In this document: in pieces, positions 1 to 10,677 of the stretch | Position numbering within the stretch: the first letter of the stretch is position 1 | Layout: the number at the start of each line of letters is the position of its first letter | The notes under the pieces: model-generated | The model's database searches: none | The model's input: the letters and a program-made list of their open reading frames with translations, nothing else | What the model was told of the DNA's origin: nothing | Translations under genes and position numbers: made by a program | Source: a virus | IMG/VR virus record: IMGVR_UViG_3300028388_004019 | Coordinates: 119,756 to 183,755 of that record | DNA length: 64,000 nt | Direction: 5' to 3' (one strand)

Positions 1-1
1 A

Positions 2-2938
2 ATAGTCTTTGTTATTTTGTCTTCTTTCATATTCGGCTTTTATTGTACCATATGATGGAACGGATATTGTAGAACCAGAGTTAGAATACCACGTGGTCGG
101 CATGGATGGTGTATCATTAACTGATGAACTCAAACCTAATTTTGCCTCATTGAAGGACACAACAGTCTTTTTCTCTGATGAGAAATACATTGAATTTCTT
201 GTAATGTTAGATTGGTCAACTGAACCTAATTCAGAACCTCTCGCAACATTTTTCTGTAACCACTCTAAATTTGTCAAAGGGTATACATCGACAAAACCTA
301 TACCATCAGTTTCAGGTGATTCCAAATAATTTCTTAATTTGACCTCACTATCATCTGAAATATCTATAGTTGGTGATTTTTCATTGAATGTTTCTAAATC
401 ATATAATTCAAAAAATTTGTCTGTATAATCCCTTATGTATGGTGTGACGAAAACATCTGCTAGAAATGTATTCCAACTAACCCCCGTCCCATTATTAGAC
501 ACGTGTGACAATAAACTTTCAAAATTTGAGGAGTTGATACCAAGTCTTTTGAGTTTCATCTTAAGAAATGGGTCACTCTCAATTGCCTTTTTTATTGTCA
601 ATGTTTCAAAATCCGCAACCACTTGATAAAGATTTTGAGGAGATTGATTAGGTCTAAACAACTTAGAGTAGTTCGAAGAAAGGTATGTTCTTTCCCAAAG
701 TTCGTATAAGAACGGTACCTCACTTAAATTAGTGTATGGAATTTGAGAATATGGGAATTCAACAGGATTAACAGGAATTGATGATAACTCGGTTTTAGTA
801 TTTCCAAAATTTGCCGACTTTTGTTCAACTCTTCTTTGTAATTTTCCTTTGATAAATTCTTCAATAAATTCAACCTCCGGCCACTTATCATATAGGTATG
901 ATTTTGTAGACGATTCCACCTTAGGGTCACCCAAATATTTAACAACATACCTTTCATTACCATCTTCATCCAACTCTTTTTCAAAATATTGTGGCCATGG
1001 ATATACTACTTTTTCTGTATCAGTGTTTGATAATATAGTATCTTTAGTATCAACTCCATTAGTGGTCTGTTGATTGATAATGACATTTTGTCTTATTGGG
1101 TCATCTTTGACGTTCCATGCATCTGTATGCACTTCATCCATCAATCTGTAAAATGCATCAACGTTAGCCATCAAAATTGCCATGACATTTCTTATTGTAG
1201 GTTTGAACCCTAATGCACCATCAGGATTTTCAATTTTTTGTGCTAAGGCGGTAGATAATTCTTTTTGAATTGTTTCTGCTTTATCTTTATATATTTTCTC
1301 AATCTTATCTAATTTACCCAAGAATGAACTTTTTGTTACATTTCTACTATCACTAATCTGACCAAATCCGTAAAATTTTGAGGTTAACTCCTCATCAGGT
1401 GTCAAATCTAAATTGTAATATGTATTTTGTATGTTGAAGTAATTTCGAACTTCTAATTCATAAGCAGCTAAATCCAAATCAGTAGGGGTTGCATTTTTTT
1501 GTGATTGATATGATTTTGTTAGATTTACATCGTCAAAATCCAAATCAAATTCCAAATCTTCAATCCCTATATTTACAGGAATAGAAGAAGACTTTTTCTT
1601 ACCCAATATACTATATTCACCATTCTCACCAAAGGTGGCATTATCAGATAATTTTTGATTAAATTCTTTTATTTTAGCATCTAAGATGCTACGAGCATCT
1701 TCTTGGTCTTGAAGACTATCTTTTGTTTTTTTTAACCCATAGTATATACCATTTTCATTGTCTATGAAACGTTTGGTAGTATCCAAATACTCAAATGGCC
1801 ACCTCGTGTTTCTGAATAAAGTTACATACTCCCTATAACCTTTGATTACTTTACCATAACTTTCAATATCATTCAAAACTGATAAGTCCTCTTTACTAAA
1901 CTGTTGTCTAATAAAATCTTCTAGCCCTTTCAATCTACTATTTAATTCAGAAAGAGTTAATCTCGGTAATTTTGGGTCAATTAAACCTTTTGAAACATAC
2001 GTACTATAAACATCATTTATTACTTTTTCTCCACGAGTAACAACTATAGGTGTTGTAACCACCTCATCGTCACCTCTCCCAACAGCTTGAGAAGATTCTC
2101 TATTGAGTTGATTATCGATTGTTGTTTGGTCACCATTATAATCTGAAGGGTCTTCATTACTATCGACTAATAAATTTGTTTCATACATATGAGGTAATGC
2201 AAATAACGCACCTAAACTCAAGTCGGATAGTATTGCCGCGGTTCTACCGATAAATGAAATAGAAACTTTATAGTTACCGTCAGTCGGGTCAAAACGAGCG
2301 TTAAAACTCTTCATCATTAATTCGTAACGAACCGCCTTCCCGTAATACCCTTTGACCGTCAAATAAAATAATGGATAGGGTAATTGAAAAAATGCGGAAT
2401 ATGGTGAGTTTTCACCCAATTCAAATAATGTTCTACCCTGAACGTCAACCATTTCAATGTCTACTTGAGGTATGAAAGACGCATTATTTTTTATGTTGAT
2501 TGATGTGATACCTAAAAGTTGAGTGTCTTGTGAGTTGTTGACTATAGAACCTTGTTGTGTTATTTGTGTCTGATTGATTGCAGTGCCATTGAGTGAGCCT
2601 TCACCTGTCAATTGGTCAGTGTAACTTGTATCTAAATACTTTTTTCCTTGTGGTTTTAGAAAATTAATCTTACCATCCTCAGTCTCACCAAAATTAGCAA
2701 TCTTCACATTACGAGACATTTGGTCGGTATTTTCACCAACTGCTAATTTTGTTCTCGGGATTATTCTTGCCTCCAAGTTAGCATACATAACAAGGTTTTC
2801 ATGTTCAACAAGTCTTTCAACCTGTTGACCATCTGAATTGATAACTTTATTCGGGTCCACTAAGACAATATTGTCAAATTGGTCGAACGCTATCTTTTCT
2901 CCTCCATAAAAACTCCTAAAGTTTTGATTAACGGCCAT
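2..2938 (-). CDS. Large putative baseplate/tail structural protein, >=979 aa, runs off the left edge (absent from the ORF track)
   Basis: Hand translation from ATG at 2938 gives MAVNQNFRSFYGGEKIAFDQFDNIVLVDP. The same frame is open at spot checks near 2400 (DIEMVDVQGRTLFELGENSP), 960 (VVYPWPQYFEKE) and 1-60. The start overlaps the stop of 2928..3245. Confidence 0.8.
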   Translation of the reverse strand, partial: MAVNQNFRSFYGGEKIAFDQFDNIVLVDPNKVINSDGQQVERLVEHENLVMYANLEARIIPRTKLAVGENTDQMSRNVKIANFGETEDGKINFLKPQGKKYLDTSYTDQLTGEGSLNGTAINQTQITQQGSIVNNSQDTQLLGITSINIKNNASFIPQVDIEMVDVQGRTLFELGENSPYSAFFQLPYPLFYLTVKGYYGKAVRYELMMKSFNARFDPTDGNYKVSISFIGRTAAILSDLSLGALFALPHMYETNLLVDSNEDPSDYNGDQTTIDNQLNRESSQAVGRGDDEVVTTPIVVTRGEKVINDVYSTYVSKGLIDPKLPRLTLSELNSRLKGLEDFIRQQFSKEDLSVLNDIESYGKVIKGYREYVTLFRNTRWPFEYLDTTKRFIDNENGIYYGLKKTKDSLQDQEDARSILDAKIKEFNQKLSDNATFGENGEYSILGKKKSSSIPVNIGIEDLEFDLDFDDVNLTKSYQSQKNATPTDLDLAAYELEVRNYFNIQNTYYNLDLTPDEELTSKFYGFGQISDSRNVTKSSFLGKLDKIEKIYKDKAETIQKELSTALAQKIENPDGALGFKPTIRNVMAILMANVDAFYRLMDEVHTDAWNVKDDPIRQNVIINQQTTNGVDTKDTILSNTDTEKVVYPWPQYFEKELDEDGNERYVVKYLGDPKVESSTKSYLYDKWPEVEFIEEFIKGKLQRRVEQKSANFGNTKTELSSIPVNPVEFPYSQIPYTNLSEVPFLYELWERTYLSSNYSKLFRPNQSPQNLYQVVADFETLTIKKAIESDPFLKMKLKRLGINSSNFESLLSHVSNNGTGVSWNTFLADVFVTPYIRDYTDKFFELYDLETFNEKSPTIDISDDSEVKLRNYLESPETDGIGFVDVYPLTNLEWLQKNVARGSELGSVDQSNITRNSMYFSSEKKTVVSFNEAKLGLSSSVNDTPSMPTTWYSNSGSTISVPSYGTIKAEYERRQNNKDY

Positions 2939-3245
2939 AATAATAGAAGTGTGTATCTAAAGCATTTTTATAATCCTGTAAAGATTGAACCAATGGAAAA
3001 GGTACAATTAATACAGACCCATCAGGAATGTCTTTTTCTAAACTACCATATTGTGGGTTAGCCATTTGAATCAACCAACCGAAGAATGGTGTTTTATAAA
3101 ACTCATCACTAATTTTATCTAATCTACTCACACCTGCTCTATAAACATACCTCTTATCCGTAGTTTTTGAAGGCAAATTGATATTAGGAACAACAGTTTG
3201 TCGACCATTCAATAAAAATTTCTGATATCTATCGTAATACTGCAT
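2928..3245 (-). CDS. Baseplate wedge protein, LysM/gpX/gp53-like
   Basis: RLDKISDEFY...WLIQMANP...IPDGSVLIVP pattern, small size and position in the baseplate cluster. Confidence 0.6.
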   Translation of the reverse strand: MQYYDRYQKFLLNGRQTVVPNINLPSKTTDKRYVYRAGVSRLDKISDEFYKTPFFGWLIQMANPQYGSLEKDIPDGSVLIVPFPLVQSLQDYKNALDTHFYYYGR

Positions 3246-6200
3246 TATTGAAATTTAACTTTGTTATTCCATTTATTTGCCTCTCCTTCATTATTACCAG
3301 TATATAATTTTTCTATCAACTGTTTGTCGGCGTTGCTTGGTGTTGTGTTATTTTTGAATGTGAATTCTCTAACTTTTCCCTTAGCATAAGGTAAGTCTTT
3401 GAACTCGGAAGTAGAGTTTACTTCATCTTCATACCCATCGAAAAGATTTTTTATCTGTGTCTGTGCGTCTTGGAAGTCAGATTTCCATTGACCTATTGTG
3501 AATTTTATAGCCTGAATCCACTTATCGGGTTTTGTGAAATTATTTTCATTAATGAACTTAGTCAGTTCCTCTATGAGTGATATATCGTTATCAAGGATAT
3601 ATTTAAAGAATGTCAAATAAAATCTTTTACCAAAGGCATCTTTAACATCCGAAATCATGACTGTCATACTTAAATCTTTTTGATAAACAGTATTACTATT
3701 TTCAGGTGCAATTATAGCGAAGTTATTACCATTAACTTCATATACATTCGTTTTGGTTAGAGAATCTAATTGATTAAGTTTTGAACTAATTATACCAAAG
3801 TCACCTTCCAACTCGTCAAATGTATCTGTATAATCATTACTATACACTTCCGTAGTTGCAGTCAAATCATAAATGACCGTTTGGTCACTCTGAATAAAAC
3901 CATCAATCTTCTCATATACTACATTCAATTTATCCATGACACGAGTCATATCAGTCTCTTTAGTGGTCAACTCTTGTAATTTAGTTGTCATCTCAGACAC
4001 ATAACCATTTTGGACTCGAGTGATAATTTCTTTTATCTTTTTATCGTATTTATTTACATCTTTATTTTTAAAACCTCTACTATCTCTAAATGTAATTCCT
4101 CCCGAAGCATATTGTAATGGGTGTTCGTCATTGTCAACATCTTTTAGTGATTCTTTAAATTGGTAATCCATCTCTTGGGTCAAGTTTTGACTTTTACCAA
4201 ATATCCTTGTTGATGTTCCCATTACCTCACCATTAAAATATCTTCTATCTTTAGTGAATAGTCTCAAACCTATCTCACCATAATTTTCGGCAATACTTTG
4301 TAAAGTAGGAGATACACTGTCTCTGTAGGTTTCATATTTATCAGATAAGTCATCCATAATACCTTTATAAGAAATTGTACCAGTAACAGAGGTACCTGAA
4401 TTTTCTGTTAGTATTGATGTGACTTCACCGATAGTTGACCCACCGTCCTTTACATCTTCACCACTAATATCATCTATACTGAAAGCAACATCACCACCCA
4501 AAGCTTCAATAATTTCTCTGTCAATTTCTGATTGGTCTTCTGTTGCCACAGACCTTTCATCATACATTTCAGTATTAGCGTAGTAGTTGAAGGAAAGTGC
4601 ATTCTGTAATTGAGCAACAGGCTCCTTCAGACCATGACCTCCGATAAAATAGAATGATAAACTTACATCAGCAATCATCGGTTGAACCCCAATACCCTCA
4701 GGATTCAAATCCAAAACTAAAGGTTCGTACCTTAGACTCATCTGATTAATAGCAATTTTAGTATGCCAGAAATCCCCAACTCTTAAAACACATATCGGTG
4801 GTGAACCAAATGCAGTATTCAAGGCATTATTCTCGAGTGGATTACCATCAGGACCTATGGTAGGAATTGTTTCACCAGGTCTCATACATTGTTGTAAGAA
4901 AGTTAATCGTGAATTCAAACCTTCGGGGGTCATTGAATGGAATACAGGATTAAAGTATTTAATTTTTTCTTTTATTCCTTCATATAGGAATGAAGTATCA
5001 TCAGATATACTTTCGAAGTAATCACACTCAGACAGTAATTTTCTAAGTATCTTCTTAGTGATACCTTCTCTCAATTGTAATTCTTGTGTCTGTCGTGGGG
5101 CACCAGTACCTTTTTCTATGACTTTTACTTTTTCAGAAGTTTCAGAAACTTCCTTTACAACTTCCTCGTCTGTTTGGTCTTTAGGTTTTGGTGTTTCTAT
5201 AAGTGTAATATTTTTCACAACACTTCTACGACATCCCATCGCTTGTACGGAATAAATCTTAGAGTCCCCACTCAGAGGAGATGAACAATCAACACCATCA
5301 ATGGTAGTTGTTTCTCCCACGGCAGATTCACTAAAACCAATGAATTTTTTACCTTCTAATTTTTCAATTCGAGAATCCCCAAATATTTGTTTTCTTACTG
5401 AATCATTTCTCCTTTTAGATAAGTTTATATTATAAGTGTTATCATTTGGAGATGATGCTGAACCCGCTAATTCAATATTTACTCTATATCCATTCGTTAT
5501 TGCTTCAACTAATTTGTTTATAAAAGTATCTAAAGAATTTTTACCCTTTTCTATCTGTTGAGTAAAAAATGTTTCCACTTGTTCTTTTTGTCCTATTCCT
5601 TCAGCCTTTTTTAGGTAAGTACTTTTTTGTGAAATATAAGAGTTATATGATGTATTGTAGTTTATAGTCGAAGTTGTTGTTCTTGTATTTGAGTTTGGTT
5701 TATCATTATCAAAATATAATGAAAGATTCTCAAACTGAGTAAATTGTGGTTTTTGTGGAGTATCCACTGGAACATTATCAGGTTCAGGATTTTCTTTTGG
5801 AATTTCTCTTTCGTATTCTCTAAATGTTTCAGGATTATTAGTTTTAGTAACAACTTCGTAAATATCATTGAAACTCAACTGACCATACTTTTTAGCTAAC
5901 TCATAAATGTCCAATGTCTTACATCCCGCAAAGAAACTATCAACAATTTTTGTAACTTCCGAGTCAGGGGTAATATTAGCCAATTCTTTCTTAACCAATG
6001 TATTCAATACCGAAGGGTGGTCAACTAACATTTTGAATGATAATGAACCCTGTCTTTGACTATTCGAATAGGTGTATATTGGTTCAGGTCTCCCTAAAAA
6101 ATCATTGGTGGTCCAATTTGCAGTGACACTTTCATCAACTCTAATATCATATGGTGGGAACCACATCACTCTACCACCCGAAGGACCCTTTTCACAATTT

Positions 6201-7837
6201 GGTAAGTCTTGTGTCATATTTGATGTTCTCCACGCTAAATTCTCAATAGATAACATATATTTTGTCGCCTCACCATTCTGAATATTCAGACCTTCTACAG
6301 GGGCTATGTTAAGATTGTATGTGTTATCTAAAACAGAGTTAGTAAACTTACGAATGTTACCTTCACTCTTTTGAAGGTCGGCCATTGTATAATAAGGAGT
6401 ATCTTTGGTGAATACTCTACAATATTCTTTTCCAACCTCAACACCGTTTTCATTCACATATCTTTTAACTCTCGAACCTTTGGTTATTTCTCTTGTCCCA
6501 TCGAAAAATACTTTCGATACTTGATTGATAGCATTTCCTACATGACTAAGTCGTGCTTGTCCTTGTAACCCATCAGCTGCATCAACCAACCTTTGAGTAT
6601 CATCGAGTATTGAACCCTTTGTGAGGTTATATCTTCCTGATGAAGAAGCGTTGAATTGAGAACTAATTGGAGGGAAACCGTCATCTCCACCTTCAATTTT
6701 ACCACCCTTACCAACTTTTTTACCTGCAGCTCTCGAACTTTTTGGGGAAACCCATGTAAACCCTCCTTGAATGTCAGGGGAGTCACCAGGTTCTACAGTA
6801 TTCAAACCAAACTTAAACTTTTGTTCACCTTCATATAAGTCAGCTAATTCACCATATCCTCTGACCGCAGTCGGTACTCTCTTACCAAACTCATCAACAG
6901 GTAATTCATTGGAAGGTGCAACAATATCGTTAGGGTCTTGTACTCTCGAACCGATATAGTAATTTGGACCTGGTGCAAAAAAGTTAGGGTCTGATATAAA
7001 ATTCAATTTATAATCAGGTCTAAATCTATTATATTCTAACGCTTTGAATAACGAAGAAGTCTGACCTCTACCTGTGTTGTTTAGGAAAATATCTGAACCA
7101 TTTTTCTTCTCAGGTAATAAATCTCTAAAACCTAATAGGTTACTAATAGCATTTATACCTGTGTTTAAGTAACTCGTTGAACCCTCAAAATAATCACCAG
7201 GAATCCATGAGAATGGAACATAAACACCAGTAATTCTACTGATGAAGTCCAATCCTTTACCCACAATATTTGTGGGAGATGAAATCGTCCAATCAGGTTC
7301 AATTAATTCCTGTCTACCCCTTAATATATCAGCGGCAATAAATGGGTCTTGTAACGCACTTAATATATTGACCCTACCTAAAGTTTCTTGTCTTATTTCC
7401 TCGTCAACTCTATACTGAAACTCATCTTGTAATGATTTGGCTGCAATCTGTACCATTGCAGAATCCTGAGTCAATGAACCATTTGTACCTTGTGGGTCGT
7501 CATTGAATAAAATCTGAGCACCTGTATATGTTGAAGCTACAAACTTATAATACGTGTCTCTTTGGGTTACTAACTTTTGTACGTCTTGAACTACATACCT
7601 ATCATCATAACCATCGGATGGACCATATTGGTTTTGTATGAATAATCTAACCTCTTCTTTATCACCAATATCTTCAACTTCAGCACTATCCACAACAGAA
7701 TAATTGGTCAATGTAAGTTCTGATTGACCAGGGTTTGTTGTAGGAGAAAAACCATCACTATTGAAAGGTGGTAAGTTCTTTACCAACAACTTCTTTCTGA
7801 TGTCTTCTGTTGAATTAAATGATAATGGACTTGGCAT
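3245..7837 (-). CDS. 1530-aa baseplate/tube-initiator-like protein with an inserted OmpA-like domain
   Basis: Tube-initiator-like segments WFPPYD...FLGRPEPIYTY...SLSF and PICVLRVGDF...PMIADVSLSF. OmpA-like segment YFDNDKP...LAGSAS...NINLSKRRNDSV...CRR. Directly follows the tape measure gene. Confidence 0.6.
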   Translation of the reverse strand: MPSPLSFNSTEDIRKKLLVKNLPPFNSDGFSPTTNPGQSELTLTNYSVVDSAEVEDIGDKEEVRLFIQNQYGPSDGYDDRYVVQDVQKLVTQRDTYYKFVASTYTGAQILFNDDPQGTNGSLTQDSAMVQIAAKSLQDEFQYRVDEEIRQETLGRVNILSALQDPFIAADILRGRQELIEPDWTISSPTNIVGKGLDFISRITGVYVPFSWIPGDYFEGSTSYLNTGINAISNLLGFRDLLPEKKNGSDIFLNNTGRGQTSSLFKALEYNRFRPDYKLNFISDPNFFAPGPNYYIGSRVQDPNDIVAPSNELPVDEFGKRVPTAVRGYGELADLYEGEQKFKFGLNTVEPGDSPDIQGGFTWVSPKSSRAAGKKVGKGGKIEGGDDGFPPISSQFNASSSGRYNLTKGSILDDTQRLVDAADGLQGQARLSHVGNAINQVSKVFFDGTREITKGSRVKRYVNENGVEVGKEYCRVFTKDTPYYTMADLQKSEGNIRKFTNSVLDNTYNLNIAPVEGLNIQNGEATKYMLSIENLAWRTSNMTQDLPNCEKGPSGGRVMWFPPYDIRVDESVTANWTTNDFLGRPEPIYTYSNSQRQGSLSFKMLVDHPSVLNTLVKKELANITPDSEVTKIVDSFFAGCKTLDIYELAKKYGQLSFNDIYEVVTKTNNPETFREYEREIPKENPEPDNVPVDTPQKPQFTQFENLSLYFDNDKPNSNTRTTTSTINYNTSYNSYISQKSTYLKKAEGIGQKEQVETFFTQQIEKGKNSLDTFINKLVEAITNGYRVNIELAGSASSPNDNTYNINLSKRRNDSVRKQIFGDSRIEKLEGKKFIGFSESAVGETTTIDGVDCSSPLSGDSKIYSVQAMGCRRSVVKNITLIETPKPKDQTDEEVVKEVSETSEKVKVIEKGTGAPRQTQELQLREGITKKILRKLLSECDYFESISDDTSFLYEGIKEKIKYFNPVFHSMTPEGLNSRLTFLQQCMRPGETIPTIGPDGNPLENNALNTAFGSPPICVLRVGDFWHTKIAINQMSLRYEPLVLDLNPEGIGVQPMIADVSLSFYFIGGHGLKEPVAQLQNALSFNYYANTEMYDERSVATEDQSEIDREIIEALGGDVAFSIDDISGEDVKDGGSTIGEVTSILTENSGTSVTGTISYKGIMDDLSDKYETYRDSVSPTLQSIAENYGEIGLRLFTKDRRYFNGEVMGTSTRIFGKSQNLTQEMDYQFKESLKDVDNDEHPLQYASGGITFRDSRGFKNKDVNKYDKKIKEIITRVQNGYVSEMTTKLQELTTKETDMTRVMDKLNVVYEKIDGFIQSDQTVIYDLTATTEVYSNDYTDTFDELEGDFGIISSKLNQLDSLTKTNVYEVNGNNFAIIAPENSNTVYQKDLSMTVMISDVKDAFGKRFYLTFFKYILDNDISLIEELTKFINENNFTKPDKWIQAIKFTIGQWKSDFQDAQTQIKNLFDGYEDEVNSTSEFKDLPYAKGKVREFTFKNNTTPSNADKQLIEKLYTGNNEGEANKWNNKVKFQ

Positions 7838-7883
7838 CTATTTCAGTTTTCTATATAAATAGATGAAAGGATTATTTTATGAT

Positions 7884-9653
7884 TTAATAAGTAGTACCTT
7901 GACGAGCCATTTCTTGTTGAATCATCTGAGTAAGATTGGCTAACGCGGTTGGGTCGGTTTGTAATGATGATAAAGACATACCACCACCCTGTAATTGAAT
8001 GGTACCACTGTGGTTTACATTGAGGTCATCAAATGTTCCTCTAACTACTTCAACCTTCATTGGGTCTGTATTGGTCACTTTTGCTACATTAACAGGAATA
8101 ACCGCACTTGGTACTACACCTGAACCCGAACCTGAATTAGAACCACTACCACCTGTATTATTACCACCAGGTAAATTAGGTAAACCTACACTTGGTAAAT
8201 TATAATTTGGTAACGATACGTTTGGTAGGTTTAAGTTAGTAAGTCTTTGGTTGAAGGAATTAGCTAAAGACACACCTAATCCTTGTACACCCCTTTCAGA
8301 ATACGCGGTAAATGCATCACTAAAAATACCTGCAGCATCTTTGAATACATCATCAGTAACTTTAAACGCTTTTTGTACATTCTCAGGTGTAAGTGCTTCG
8401 CCTATCGTATCACTAATTGTTCCGGCAGTATCCTTTAATCTACTTTCTAATAATTCAAACTGTTCAGTAGCGGCAATACCTGCAACAACTCTTTTTGCAG
8501 GTTCTTTAAGTGTTGCCTCAATTTGTTCTAATACAGTAAGTTGTTCTCGTGCAATATCATCAGAATCTAAATTACTCTTTCTAAACGTTTCCTTTAGTGT
8601 TTCAATTTCAGCAGTAGTTAATTCTGTTGCAGATTTCAATTCATCTTGACCAGGTAGATTAAATTTAAGTTCACCACCATCAAACTGACCAATATTAGCT
8701 AAAAATTCTTTATCTTCATCAGTATATGTACCACCCAATAAATCTAATTGTGATAATGCCTCTTGTCGTTGTGCAGACTTAACCGCAGTATTTGCCAACT
8801 CTTCATAATCCATACCAAGAGCTTGTGCCTGTGCTCTCAAACGTCTCATTTCAGTTGCAGATATATCAAAACTTCCTGTTTCACTATTGAATGAAACCGC
8901 AGCACTCGCAGCATTTACAATAGACTCTTGAAGACCATCAATATCATTTTGAGCCATGTTCATTAATTGGAACGGGTCTGCTAAAGCACCAACAGCACCA
9001 CCCAACATTTGGAACTCAGCCGCTAAATTAATAGCTTCAGAAGGGTCAAGTAGTTTACCTGCCAAACTTGTAACATCAGCCATGTTAATTCTCAATGCCT
9101 GAGAACGAGCAACCATATTAGTGAATCCTTCAACTCCGTTTCTAAAATTGTAAGCGTTGATGAGTTTCACATTATCACCAACAGTTTTCAAGAATTGACC
9201 AGTATTTAGACCTAAAGAAGCCGCCCTTTTACGTGCACTTTCTATTTGTTCAGCAGCTTGTGTAGGTCCAACACCAATTGAATCAAATCCCTCAACTAAT
9301 GTTGCCATGTCTTCACCTGTAAGATTTGTGGCTTTTTGAATTGCAATGAAACTCTCTAACTGTTGATTAGTTAAATATACATTTCGTTGCATGATAGTAC
9401 CAATAGATGCCATCGTAGTGGCAACATCATTAGCACTAACACCAAGACCCGCCATGTTAGAAGTTGCCTCAGCAATTTCTTTTCTCATTTCAGCAGCTGC
9501 CGCGGCACCCTGACCAAAGACATCTGCCGAAACAGACTTCGCCGCCTTATCGAATTCTAAGATTGCTGATTGTAATTGTGTATAAGCTTGAGCAGCATTC
9601 TGAAATGCACCTTTCAAACTATCAGCACCACCACTATTATCTTGTAAAAACAT
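7884..9653 (-). CDS. Tape measure protein (589 aa)
   Basis: Ala/Gln-rich helical composition; lies downstream of sheath, tube and chaperone. Confidence 0.7.
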   Translation of the reverse strand: MFLQDNSGGADSLKGAFQNAAQAYTQLQSAILEFDKAAKSVSADVFGQGAAAAAEMRKEIAEATSNMAGLGVSANDVATTMASIGTIMQRNVYLTNQQLESFIAIQKATNLTGEDMATLVEGFDSIGVGPTQAAEQIESARKRAASLGLNTGQFLKTVGDNVKLINAYNFRNGVEGFTNMVARSQALRINMADVTSLAGKLLDPSEAINLAAEFQMLGGAVGALADPFQLMNMAQNDIDGLQESIVNAASAAVSFNSETGSFDISATEMRRLRAQAQALGMDYEELANTAVKSAQRQEALSQLDLLGGTYTDEDKEFLANIGQFDGGELKFNLPGQDELKSATELTTAEIETLKETFRKSNLDSDDIAREQLTVLEQIEATLKEPAKRVVAGIAATEQFELLESRLKDTAGTISDTIGEALTPENVQKAFKVTDDVFKDAAGIFSDAFTAYSERGVQGLGVSLANSFNQRLTNLNLPNVSLPNYNLPSVGLPNLPGGNNTGGSGSNSGSGSGVVPSAVIPVNVAKVTNTDPMKVEVVRGTFDDLNVNHSGTIQLQGGGMSLSSLQTDPTALANLTQMIQQEMARQGTTY

Positions 9654-9678
9654 TTAGACTATTTTACTTATAAATACC

Positions 9679-9831
9679 TTAACGTGAACTTTGTCTACGT
9701 TTCTCATTCAACTTTTCCATATCATCAATGTACTTTTTGATAAAATACTTCCTCTCGAACGTAGGCATTTTAAGAAGGTCAGAATAGGAGAACCCCAATT
9801 CTTTGACACAATAATAAAACTCATCAAGCAT
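9679..9831 (-). CDS. Tail assembly chaperone C-terminal ORF (gp51/GT-like), 50 aa, possibly a frameshift extension
   Basis: Hand translation MLDEFYYCVKELGFSYSDLLKMPTFERKYFIKKYIDDMEKLNEKRRQSSR. The frame stays open upstream to the GAG TTT TTT CGT site of the previous gene. Confidence 0.7.
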   Translation of the reverse strand: MLDEFYYCVKELGFSYSDLLKMPTFERKYFIKKYIDDMEKLNEKRRQSSR

Positions 9832-9844
9832 AGCTTGACGGTAA

Positions 9845-10594
9845 TCAGAAGAAAGGACGAAAAAACTCCGCCCCGAAGGCGATACGTGTCGACACCTTTT
9901 CTCCTGACGGGGCTACAAAAACACGGTCCAAATCTAACTTCGGTTCCGCACCTTCCATTGTGTTTCTGATATACTTTGAATCAGCAATTGGAAGATTGAC
10001 AATAGTTGATGATATATCTGCAGGGTCCTTAGAACCATCAAACTCAATAATCATTTTTTCTAATCTCTTAGTAACCACAGGAGCAACCATACCATCAGGG
10101 TATGCGTCTCTCATCTTTTGAAGGTCTTGAATATCTCTTTGATTTAAGATACGACACTTAACCGTTTTTTGACTAACAGGTAACATCAACTCAAATAAAC
10201 CTTCACCATTTGGTTCAATAGTGGTCGGTTTAACATTTAACTCATCTAATAAAATAGTCTGTTCAAAATCCTTCATTGTTTTAGGGTCACGAAGATTGAA
10301 TGTATATTCAGGACCAAATGAAGTGTTTCTTAAAAAGATAAGAATTGCTTCAACATCACATTCCAACAAATCCATCGGGTCGAAACCTGGTTCATAGATT
10401 TTACTTTTCAGTAAAGTCATAATGATATTATCACCATTTCTTTGACCCAATAATGTATTTTCATCTTGAGCAGTTAAAAAACCTACTTTTATCGAGGACT
10501 TCCCACTCTTATAATACTTACCCTTTGAAGGTAGTTGTACCACGTCGTGAGGTAGGTTGAAGTCTTGTTGTCCGTATTGTGCTGCGTTATCCAT
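9845..10594 (-). CDS. Tail assembly chaperone / baseplate hub assembly protein (T4 gp26-like)
   Basis: LPSKGKYY...LTAQDEN...ILIFLRNTSFG motifs; lies between tube and tape measure. Confidence 0.7.
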   Translation of the reverse strand: MDNAAQYGQQDFNLPHDVVQLPSKGKYYKSGKSSIKVGFLTAQDENTLLGQRNGDNIIMTLLKSKIYEPGFDPMDLLECDVEAILIFLRNTSFGPEYTFNLRDPKTMKDFEQTILLDELNVKPTTIEPNGEGLFELMLPVSQKTVKCRILNQRDIQDLQKMRDAYPDGMVAPVVTKRLEKMIIEFDGSKDPADISSTIVNLPIADSKYIRNTMEGAEPKLDLDRVFVAPSGEKVSTRIAFGAEFFRPFF

Positions 10595-10611
10595 ATCTTA
10601 TATAATAAAAA

Positions 10612-10639
10612 AACCATAGAGAGTTTCCCCTCTATGGTT
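10612..10639 (-). terminator. Intrinsic terminator after the tail tube gene
   Basis: Inverted repeat aaccatagag / ctctatggtt followed by a U-tract on the minus strand. Confidence 0.7.
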
Positions 10640-10677
10640 AAATATAAATGAACTGATTTTTTCGTAAATAGTATATC

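Noticed and set aside
9691-9969. Plus-strand 92-aa ORF
   Set aside because: It is antisense to the chaperone junction; the minus-strand reading is far more protein-like and syntenic
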